A DNA stretch of 64,000 nt from Lama guanicoe (taxonomy: Eukaryota), in assembly GCA_013239625.1 (NCBI GenBank), contig MU055785.1:7130001-7194000 (forward strand), written 5' to 3'. A program made the position numbers and the translations under genes. Position 1 is the stretch's first letter; every line of letters starts with the position of its first letter. The notes beneath the pieces were generated by a model. It worked only from the letters and a program-made list of their open reading frames with translations. It was not told the origin of the DNA and made no database searches. Shown one piece after another: positions 27,232 through 48,330 of the stretch.

Positions 27232-28008
27232 GGCTGTGAGATGGCCTTGACGTACTTGTATTATCTCTGCAATGAAACGTTGTTAAGTCTGTCTGCAACA
27301 GTCAAGAACTAAAACCTGTCCAGGCTTTTTATATTGGAAGAAAAGAAGCCAAAATATGTGAGAACAGATTTAACAACAACAGCAGCAAACTCTCAAATTT
27401 CATTGAGGATTCATTATTAATAAGGCTATTTTTTAAATGTACAGTTTATGAACGTTCGTTATGACCTTCCCATATTTTGAATCTCAAAAACATTGAAAAT
27501 AAGCGTCATGATTTTTGATTCACCTACATTTTTATATTTCCCTGGGCAGTAACATATTAATTCATAATAGCCCCAATTTGGGAATGACCCAAATATCCAT
27601 CAGCAGTAGAATGCATCAGTGTGCAGTGTGTTACTGCAGTGAAATACTACAAACAATGACCTACCACCATGTGCCACAACCCAGACAAGTCCCTCCGGCA
27701 TACTATTGAGCAAAAGATGGTGGACACAAAGTATGTACAGTATGATTCCACTGATAGCAGGTTTGAAAACAAGCAAAGCTAATTTGTGGTGACAGACAGG
27801 ACAGTGGTTCATCTGCGGGGAGTGTGGACTGGGAGTGGGCAGCTTGCTGGGGTCCCGGAAATGTGTCCTATTTTGATCTGGGTGTGGCTTAAAAGGCTAT
27901 AAAAATGCACTGAGCTGTATTCTTAAGATCATGGTCCTTTACCTGATGTAAATGATGTCAGTAAAAGGGGAAGGGATGATGGCAACAGACAGGCAAACTG
28001 AAATTTCC

Positions 28009-31000
28009 CTGTTGATACCAGTACTTTACGGAGAGGATCAAATCCTACAGTTTTCTGGGATGGTTGTTAAAAAACTTCTCCTGGAGTTTGGTGAAGCAGA
28101 CTGAGAACTCACCAGGGCTGGCTTTTGTCATATCCAAGGATCTTTTGAGCCCTCAAGAGAAACACAACTTTTGGTGTTCCTGGAACCTGGCCTCAGTGAG
28201 CCCACAAGGAAGGTCGGATGTGGTTTGATAGCACACATCCTCTGCTTAATCTGTAAGAGGTCTGGTGTATCTGCATGAAAGGTGAGGGCTTGCTCATTCT
28301 GCTGGATAATAAAACAAAGTCTAAAGTAACTGTTGTGGAAAAAAACAAGTAAATAAAATGACTGTTGAGAAGGTGGCATGGTTGCTGCCAAAAGACGTGC
28401 TGAATGGCACCAAATGGAGTGACGAGAAACACAGAAACGAAAAAGGGGAGTTCCAAAAGAGTAGGGAAAGAATGGTTACTTTAAAAATGGTGTTGGCAAG
28501 AAAGAGAAAGAAAAATACCGTATGAGATCACTCATATGTGGAATTAAAAAAAACATAAATACAAAACAGAAACAGACTCAGACATAGAATACAAACTTGT
28601 GGTTGTCAAGGGGATGGGGGGGTGGGAAGGGACAGACTGGGATTTCAAAATGTAGAATAGATAAACAAGATTATACTGTATAGCACAGGGAAATATATAC
28701 AAGATCTTATGGTAGCTCACAGAGAAAAAAATGTGACAATGAATATATATATGTTCATGTGTAACTGAAAAATTGTGCTGTACACTGGAATTTGACACAT
28801 TGTAAAATGGCTGTAACTCAATTAAAAAAGTTTTAAAAAGTGGTGTTGGCAAAACAGATTGACGGACATACAAAACAAAGTATGGTTATCGGTGTGGGGA
28901 AAGGGCTGGGAGGGATAAATCAGAGCTTGGGGATTAACAGACACACACACACTATAAATAAAATAGATGAACAAGGACCTACTGTAGAGCACAGAGAACT
29001 GTATTTAATTTCTTGTAATAACATATGATGGAAATGAATCTGAAAAGAAAAAAATTTATGTATGTACATGTATCACTGAATCTCTTTATGGTACACCTGA
29101 AACTAACATTGTAAATCAATAACACTTCAATAAAAATTTTTTAAAAATTAAAAAAACGGTGTTGGCACCATTGGCATACACCCGGAAGAAGATGAAGTTT
29201 GTGTCTCACATACAGTATAGGTTGCTGTTCAGCCTATCCAGTGAATGTTTGAGATCAGAGAGTCAAGGGTACAGGCAGGTGAGGTGAAGGCAGAGCACTG
29301 GAGGCCGGGGATGGAGGCCAGTGGGCAGGGTCACTCCCTGCAGAGCTGGACCACCTGAGATAAGGGTGATACAAGGCAGTGGTTCTCAAACTGGGTGCCT
29401 AGCAGAATCCTGCTGCACAGCTAATGTGGAACACAAGCCCAGGAGCCGCCTGTGTCAGTGAGCCTGGGCCTCTGGGTTGCAGATTAGCTCTGCAGGAGAT
29501 CTGACCCCCAAGTGGGAGAGAGCACAGGGCCTCTGTTTTTCTTACTAAGTTCCCCAGGAGATTCTGATATCCACTGACTTTTGAGGACCACTGATGTGGG
29601 AATGCAAAAACAAATAAAATAGGATGGCAATAGATTCCAGAATTTTATCACAGGATTAGCTCTCTCACTCACGGAGCCCTACTGTTCACACAACCAGGAG
29701 ACAGCAGCCAGAGAATTTATTCTTTCCGTTCGCCTCGACAGGTATTTATTGACTTCCTACCAGTAGCCAGGCACAGTTCTGGGCACTTGGCGTGCAGGGC
29801 GAGTGAGGGAAAGAACATTATCTCCTCTTGAGGGCTTACTCTATGCCAGGCACAGTTTAAGCCCTTCGTGTTCAGTGAAATATGTGGGCCTCGTGAAACT
29901 CTTGCGTGGTTAGTGCAATGAGCTGCTCATTTACAGATTTACAAATTAAACTCAAACACCAAGAAGTCAAGTAAATGGGGGTGTCCTGCTTTGGGTCAAA
30001 GACCCTGGGGAGAGAGCAGTGGTGGCCCGCGGCAGTGGAACGAGACGTAGAGTTAAAGGAAGTTGGTGTGGAGAATAGGCCAGATTAGTTAGGCTAATAT
30101 TTAGCAAAAAAAAAAGAGTAATTTAAAAATTCCCTAGTAGGTTGCTTTTCTCAGAAAGTGTCCATTATTGTTTCCTTCTAAAAAAGGACTGTTTGGAATG
30201 TGCAGCTCTTCCGCCATCTGCTGGCAGCTTCTGGTTACTACACGTGAGGAAGAGCGGCTCATTCTTATAATGATGTAGTGAGCCCAGCAGAGGGCGCTCT
30301 GGTCTGGCTCCTAACCACTCTGCAGGGAACCAGAGGGAGAGAACACAGGATTTCTGAGTCACACTGTGTCTCTTCACCTTGACTTCAGCCCTTGTTTGAG
30401 GCAGGCACATACTCTCAACCCTAATTGTCCTAAAGTCTCGGCTAAGTAACTGTTTCTAATCTGATCTTTCTAGCCCCTTAAGACTGTTTTTTGGCCGCAG
30501 GAAGCACCCTTGTCAGCAACGGAGAAGTGGACGTGAGACTGGACCCTTTGGAGTCACAGGGCACCCCAGCAGGCGGCAGCGTTTCTCAACTCAAGCAAAA
30601 GCCCCCAGTGTCAACACGGTCGTAAAGCTGAGTGGCAGGTGTTCATCTGTCCACCCAAAGACCAGAATCGGGGTGCACAGCAGCACTTTTCATGTGAGCC
30701 CCAAGCTGCGTGCAGCTCGAACAGCCGTCCACAATAGAATGGACACGTGTGGTGTCCCCACACACTGGGCACACGACAACAATGGATGATAAACCACAGC
30801 TGCGCACGACATCAGACATTCCACCAACAAATGGGTTGAAACATCCACACGCTAAAGCCGTACAGGGCATGACTTGTTTTATAAAGGCGGACCTACCTGT
30901 CTAGTTTACCCAGGGCAGTCTCAGTTTTAGCACCCAGAAGCCCGTGACCCAGGAAACCCTTCAGTCCTGGGCGGACCTGGATGGTTGGTCACCTTGTATG

Positions 31001-32243
31001 TACACAAAGTTTAAAAACAGGCAAAACAGATCTATGCTGTTAGAAGTCAGGAGAGTGTTTGCCTAGGGTTAAGGGCAGTGACTAGATAGGGGCTCTTGGG
31101 TGGGGGCTGGGAATGTTTTATTTCTCCATCTGGATGTAGGTTACATGCGCATGTTGTTTGTGGCAATCCATCAGGCTGTACCCTTAGATCTGCACCCTTT
31201 TTGTGTGTACTATTATAATCAGAAAAAAGTTAACAATATTGAGAGGTAGGATTGCGTGGTGGTTAGGGTGCATGCTCCCAAGCAGATTACCTGAGCTTAA
31301 AATCCAAGGTCAGGTGCCAGCTATTAAATAACTTCCTAGGGCCTCAGTTTCCTCTTCTGGGACAAGGCAGGTGGCACCAAGTGTCCAGGTATCTTTACTG
31401 CTAGGACTAGTGGGAGTGTTTCAGGGCTGAGGCCAGAAAGCACTCAGACTGCAGAGCAGGGGACTCAGTACCAGAGACCATGGGGCTTGGCGTGGGCATC
31501 CATAATCCCCTCCGCACCCCAGGGTCCTGACAGCTTCCCAGAGCCTTCCCTTACTAAAAGATGCAGAATCATCAGCCTCAGCCCTGGGATTTGTGCCCAG
31601 AACACCAAACATTTCTAACTGATGAGAGCCCCCCACCTGCTTACTGTTGAGAAATCGCAGAGCATCCTTGGGTAGTTTTACTGACGTTTTATGGCCTCAA
31701 TTTACTCCTTTGTAAAATGGGAACAATAAAAAACCGTAGTAGCAATCACAGTTAATTTGATTGCACTAAATATGTACCAAACGCTGTGCAAGAAGCCTCG
31801 TAACACTTTGTGATGAGTAGTATTCCTCTCCCATTTTATGGATTTGGACACTGAGGCACAGAGAGGTTAAGCAACCTGCCCCAGGTCACACAGTAGTAAA
31901 GGGCAGAACTCCCCAGGCTGTACCCCTAAACACTACACCAGATCCCAGCATCTCACTAGAGCGTGGGGAAGAGAAGGTGATGGATGTCTTGTGGGCCCGG
32001 AGCCTGGCACTCAGTAGGTGCTCAGCACCAAGTCGCCCTGACTTCTGGATCTCAGAAGCCCAGATCCCAGCTCTCTACTCACTTTGGCCTTGGCTACCAC
32101 CAGGGGGAGCGGCTCGGACAGCTGGCATCCACGGTCTGGTCGATTTGTCCCTGACAGTCTTCCTAGGGCCTCAGCTTGTTCTGGATGAACTCGCGCAGCT
32201 TCTGAGCAGGCAGTGAGCAGAGCTGGGACTCCCACTTTCCCGT
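28009..32243 (-). pseudogene. OAS2: OAS2 pseudogene, exons 1-3 only
   Basis: Exon 1, 32243-32083: GCC-ACG-G (ATG>ACG) then GKWESQLCSLPAQKLREFIQNKLRP*EDCQGQIDQTVD, plus a frameshifting deletion. Exon 2 start, 30508-30470: GASCGQKTVLRG*. Exon 3, 28149-28009: LKRSLDMTKASPGEFSVCFTKLQEKFFNNHPRKL*DLILSVKYWYQQ, with donor GT>GG. These match human OAS2 domain 1. Confidence 0.9.
28510..29155 (+). mobile_element. Two LINE-1 3'-end fragments
   Basis: Typical artiodactyl L1 3'UTR (tatagcacagggaaatatatacaagatc..., actgtagagcacagagaact...) with A-rich tails. Confidence 0.7.
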
Positions 32244-32329
32244 GGCTCTGGCTGGCTGCTGAGCGGACAGCTAACAGCCAGGCTGGGGCCGGAGGGAGAA
32301 GAGAAGGAGAAACTCCTGTGCCAGGAGCC

Positions 32330-32343
32330 GGAAAACAGAAACT
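32330..32343. promoter_or_regulatory. Residual ISRE-like element of the OAS2 promoter
   Basis: GGAAAACAGAAACT about 90 bp upstream of the dead start codon. Confidence 0.5.
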
Positions 32344-35300
32344 CCCCCAGGAGGAAAGGAACTTCACAGCCTTCCCTGCGGACTCCCTCCTTCCAGCGTC
32401 TTGCCCGCCCCCCGCAGCTGTGGGTGTTTCTGCTGCTCTGAAGGAATCCCGATGGTTAATAATGCAGCTTTTGGAGCTGGATTATGAGGGCTTGCTCCAT
32501 GCTAGAGCTGTGTCTTTGTGTGCCTTGATCTCCCTATCTGTAAAGTGGGGATCGCAACAGTGCCTCTCGTGGGCTTACTGCAAGGATTAAATACTTGCAA
32601 AGTGCTTAGAACAGGACCCAGCCCATGGCTAGGGCTCTGTGAGTGTTTGTTAAGCAAACATTTTACAGGGGTCTGGAGGTCATCTTTTTTTTTTTTTTTA
32701 AATTGAAGTGTAACAACATTGTGTTGATTTCAGGTGGTGAAATTGAATGAAGCACTGACATACGCTGTAACATGGATGAACCTTGAAAACCTAATGCTAA
32801 GTGACAGACGCCGGGCACAAAGGGTCACACATTGTATGATTCACGTCTATGAAATGTCTGTAATGGAGACAGAAAGCAGATTAGTGGTTGGCGGGGATTA
32901 GGGGAAAGGGGTTGGAGGGAAGAGGGAGTGAGTGACTGCTACTGGGTTTCAGGTTTCTTCCGGGAGGCGATGAAAATGTTCTGGACTTTGTACCATGAAT
33001 GTATCTTATGATACGGCTCACCGTGTGAATACAATGAATACAAACCTCGTGACTATATTCAAACCACTGAATGGGACCCTTTAAAAGGTGAAATTTATAG
33101 CATGTGACTTACATTTCAATAAGAATTTTATAAAAATGAAAAAATCAAAGTGTAACTTTTAAAATGCCAACACTTCCTCTGGAGTTCTGCATCTCTGGGG
33201 ATTCAGTTCTGGACTCAGTTACTTCTCTCTGCCTTCTGGCTGCAGAGGATGGGGGCCTCTTCACAGGCCACCAAGGGGGCACCTCTGACGCTCATGCCTG
33301 GATTTCAATTGCTGATTGATCAGGTTTAGCTTTAAAAAAATTTTCCCCTGGGTCACAGCACTAGCCACTGCTGTGAGAAGGGTGGAGCCAGGCAGGCAAC
33401 AGGCAAGTGGGTCTGCCCCTGAATTTCGGGCGCTGGCCAAGGTGGCTCGTTCTGAGAGCTGTGTCCTCTGAACTGCAGCTGACTGTCCAGTAGCCACAGG
33501 GGTATGGCTGCCAGTTCTCCGTCACTAATTTATACACGTAGGGCAATCCCAACAAACATTCTGTTTTTTAAAAACTTCAAACACATCATTTTAATGTCTA
33601 TCTGTAAGCATTAAGAATTTATTTTCCTTTTTGAAGTTTTGTTAGGTAGAATTAATACAGATTGACTGCACGTATACATTATATTGCATGTGAAATAATT
33701 TTTTTAAAATTTTTATTGAAGTGTAGTTGATATACAACATTATGTAAGTTACAGGTATACAGTATAGTGATTCACAATTTTAAAGGTTATATTCCATTTA
33801 TAGTTATAAAATACTTGCTATACTCCCTGTGTTGCACAATATATCCCGGTAGCTTATTTTATACCTAATAGCTTGTACCTCTTAATCCCCTACCCTTATA
33901 TTGGCCCCTCTCCCTTCTCCCCTCTCCCCAGTGGTGACTAGTTTGTTCTCCATAGCTGTGACAAGGAATTTTTTTTTAAAGAAGAAACATGAGAAAGGAA
34001 AATCAGTTTACAGTGGCACCTCTCACACACAATTACGTACTAAAACCTGATGAGGCTGTAACAGGTAAATCCCTGTGAGGCCAGCACAGAACTAGGCAGC
34101 AGGTGGCCTCAGCGTGGAGGCGTAAAGCTACGTGGCCGTCCCCGGCTGCTGCCATCTTCATGGTGGCCTGTCCCTTCCCGTTTTGGCCGCGTCTGCTTCC
34201 CCGCTGCCCCTCCAGCCAGGTGATCAGAATCTGCACCTTTGAGCTCTTTGCCAGGCCAGGCCCACGCCAGAGTCCCTCTCCTCCTCCCTAGCTCACTCAA
34301 AAACTCATTCGTCCTCTGTCCCATCAGGTCAGGAATCCAGTGTTTACTCTGCCTCTGAGTACATGTCAGGTGACAAAGCTAACAAAGGCTTCCTGAAATC
34401 CACCTTAACTGAAAGGATAGATGTGGTCAGATGGTGAGTTTCAGAGGTCGTGCTGAAGTCGCAGGAGAGATGGTAGACTGTCAGTGTGTACACCCAGTTT
34501 ATATTTTGAGTAGTGAGTGCTACATCACGGGAGGCATTCAAGTACAGGAAGAAGACTGGATGTTGTAGAGGGAATGCAAGCCAGGTGACTTCAGACATAA
34601 AACCGTGACTTTCCTGCTCACCCCATTAGTCACAGTCATCTTCCAGATTCACAGGTCACTTTAGAAATCTTCCATTTGAGATGGTAGGCCGCACACACAC
34701 TCAAGAGCCTACTGAAATGATAGCAAAGGTGTGTTACAAGTACCATGTGACTCAACAGGTTTGAGATTGAGGAAGCGAGCCACCAAGGGGCCAGAACACA
34801 TTCGATGAGTTTTTAAGAAAGTGGAAAGCAGAAGGTTCAAGAACTGGATCACGATGGTGGACTGATCATCGGCACGGGTCCTCAACTCTCACCCAAGACC
34901 TCTGGAAAGAACAGGAAAGAGATGAAGACAATTAACAGTGCTGCTGGCTCCTACGTCGAAGTACCTTGGGTGAACTGGAGACTGAAGCCACGGAGGGAGA
35001 TATGGGATTGGATAAAGGGGTTGGATCTGGGACTGGATCCAGCCCAAAACACAGGAAGTAGAGGGTCCCTGTGCAGGGTGGGAAGGGCTCTGAGGAGCTG
35101 CAGGGAGGTGCCCTGACATCTCGCAGACGCAGGTGAAGGGTGGGCAGGGATGGGGTTTGTGTGAGGATGAGGGGGTATCTGGGAACACGCACCCAGGACT
35201 TCAGAGGTGGCAGTACATGAAAACCCAGCCTCTGTTGAGCTGCGGGGAGCTCAGCACGAAGCTAAGCACACTGGGATTCCTCCTGCAACCCTGGATTTCC

Positions 35301-36308
35301 ACTGAATATGCATTTTCCCCTCTTTGACAGCCTACCAGCTAGTCCTAATCTCCTTCTACAACTCCACTCTTATCTCCTTTAGCTAAATGTCTGCTCAGCC
35401 CAGTTTCCTTTCCTCAGCAGGAAGCTGCCCAGACTGGCGTTTTACCTCTGGAGAATCAGAAACTCAGGACTTCAGTTTTTAGGTTTCAATTTTTATATAA
35501 GCATTTCCGTTGTCCCTTACACACTTGCTCCTCTGTTTCCAAGTCTCAGGAATTTGGACTTGAACCAGCAGCTCCCAATACCAGCACCCCAGAGCTTTCT
35601 AGAACCCGGTCCTGCCGACTTTGCACATGTTATCAGAGCTCAGCGGAAGTACTCATTAACCTTTTTTTTTTTTGCAGGAAAAATTGCTTCATTGTTTCTT
35701 GCAGTCATATAAGTGGTATAAATTTTCAGCAAAAAATTAATAAAACCAGAAAATTCAGAAAAGTATACAGGTCAGCCCATCTCGATTTGGTCCAGCTATG
35801 TTTCAAGTGCCCAACAGCCTTATGTGGGTAGTGACCACTGTATCCCACAGGGCAGCTGAGTCAGTGAATACACAGCACACACATACAACATGCAGATGTA
35901 CGTCTTGGCTCTGTGCCTTGTCGTTAATTAACCCCACTGAATGGCATTTGCTATTATTTCTATTGTTATGGACTATAAATTAGACCCTAACCCTCCCACC
36001 AGGTACACAGAAGAAAGTCAAGGCTGAGATTCCATTCTTTGGCCAAAGCCTCTCCTGTTGTCTCTCTGAGAATATTGTCAGAGGACAGGCTCCGGTGGGG
36101 AGGGGGCCTTGGGGAAAGACTACCTTCAAAAGAAGACAGCGGAGAACAGCGGGAAGGGTGGGGGCCAGGAGACCTGGATTTGTGGTCCCAGGTCTGACAC
36201 CAACTCACTGCCCTCCACAGATCAAGGACCACCCCCAACTCCACCCCTAGAAATGACGGGGCTGGCCCAGGTGGCTCTGGAGAACTTGCCTTTAAAATCC
36301 TCCAGTGT

Positions 36309-46515
<10,207 letters not shown>

Positions 46516-46596
46516 CACGATGCTCCTTGCAGGAGAGCGGGCTGGCAAAGCCTCTTAGCCTCCGTCTCTCCTGCTGCCGGGGACTGGGCTGCTGCT

Positions 46597-46660
46597 AGTT
46601 TCGTTTCCTTGGAAGGGAGGAGCTCTGCCCTGAGTCTGGGCTGCTCTTAGTTTCGCTTCC
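46597..46660. promoter_or_regulatory. Tandem ISREs of the OAS1-B promoter
   Basis: AGTTTCGTTTCC (46597-46608) and AGTTTCGCTTCC (46649-46660) within a duplicated ~52-bp module. Confidence 0.8.
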
Positions 46661-48039
46661 TTGGAAGAGCTCTGCCCTGAGTCTCTGACTTCTAGCAAAT
46701 CAAACACTCCTTTGACCGCAAACCATGTTTGGCCCCCAGCTGCTTCCTCTACTCTCCCGGACTTATTCTCTGCCTTCAACAGGCAGCCTGGAATGTCTGG
46801 TCTTTCTCCAGACTGTCCTCTGAAAATGTACTTTTTAACTCAAGTTCATGCTTCATCCAAGAGAAGTCATGAATGAAGACAGACTTCTGCTTTCCTTTCC
46901 TTTCTTTTTGTTGCTGACACAACTATTTTACAGTTTCCTATGAGCTTTACAGCATCAGTAGTGTGTACTGCAAACAGACTCAGAGTCAGAAAAATCAGGA
47001 ACTATAAAACCCATCCATGATGTAAACCTTAAGGGCTACAATATAAATATTTTGGTGTAGATCTTTCTGGATATTTTTCTAGGTTCATGCACACATACAT
47101 AGAAACACAGTCTCTCTCTTTTTTTTTTAATGGCATCATCATGTACTTTTTGCTTTTTCGATAAATAGACTTTATTTCTAAAGCAGTTTTAGGTTGACGG
47201 AAAAATTTGAAACTGCCCTGGGCTGTGCAGCTTTCAACACGAGTGTAATTGGGTGTGCCTCAGTGTCCTGATCTGTAAAGGGGGCAGACTTTTCTTTCTC
47301 AAGCCCACAAGTGCTTTTGAGGACAATCTTAAAGAAGAGACGCAATAGGGGCTTTGAAAGGTACCAAATGCTGGGCAAATATAAAGGGCAAACCTGACTC
47401 TATCAAATCTTTGTTGGATCTTAAACTGGTTAAAGGCCTCCTGGTCCCTTTTTTCCCAATGAGCAGCGAAGCTTCTGGCTGCTGCCACTCTGCTGCTTCT
47501 GGAGGGTTGGGTGGATGGGAAAAGGGGTGGTGGGGAGAAGTATTTAGGAAAAGCAACTTGCGTGTGGCTGGGATGTAAGGGGTTAGGGACATTTAAGAGG
47601 CAGGAGCCCATGAGCTCATGTTCTCTAATGAAACAGTGTGAGAAAATCAAAGCCAATTACTAGAAATCAGACTCATCCCTGACGTGTGTTCTTTTGTTAA
47701 GTAAATCCTCACTTGACAGAATCTGGAGCAAAGTTCAGACCGGCCTGACTTTAGCCGTGACCTTAAGGGAGGTTTGCTTTCTATTATCAGGAGAGGCCTT
47801 TGGGAAGGGGAAACAGGAGGAAGGATCACGCAGGCTGGAGAGATCACGAATGCACACTGTTTGCCAGGAGGAAGACAGTGATGGTAATTATTCATAGTGA
47901 TACTGCTGGGTGTTGTTACAGCGCTTCCAATGCAGCAAACCCCACAGACGTGCGCTTCTCAGACCCCCAGGTGCAGGGGACAGATCAATGCTCCCCCGTT
48001 GCTAGAAAGAGAAAGTTGACACACTTTGTCCTAAGGCAG

Positions 48040-48330
48040 CCAAGTAAGCCTGGCTGGGTTCTCTAAGAAACGTCTTGCGCCCAAATTGTGCCAATTTGCT
48101 GTTCACCGTCGCTTGCATGGTTGAATCATTCTTGTCCCAGGAGAGATACTATGCTCTCTTCTCTACTTTGAAGGGACACCTTGTTTCGGTAAGACTCTCA
48201 AACTGTGGGAGACGTCTGCTCAGCAGAATGAATAGAGAGAGAGAAAGAAGCCCTGATACCCACGTGGCTGGGAGCCCTCACCCAGGGCATGGGAGGCGGG
48301 TAGCACATCACACTGCGCCCCCTGGTGGAG
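48040..48330 (-). pseudogene. Remnant of a third OAS1-like copy (3' end of exon 2 plus start of intron 2)
   Basis: 48330-48282 reads LHQGAQCDVLPASHALG|gtgag (compare [17 protein letters not shown]|gtgag); 48040-48281 aligns by eye with intron 2 at about 44965-45222. Confidence 0.75.

Noticed and set aside
33900-35300. Possible OAS3 remnant between OAS1-B and psiOAS2
   Set aside because: I could not recognise any OAS motif in any frame; it may be old TE or UTR sequence, and BLAST would be needed.
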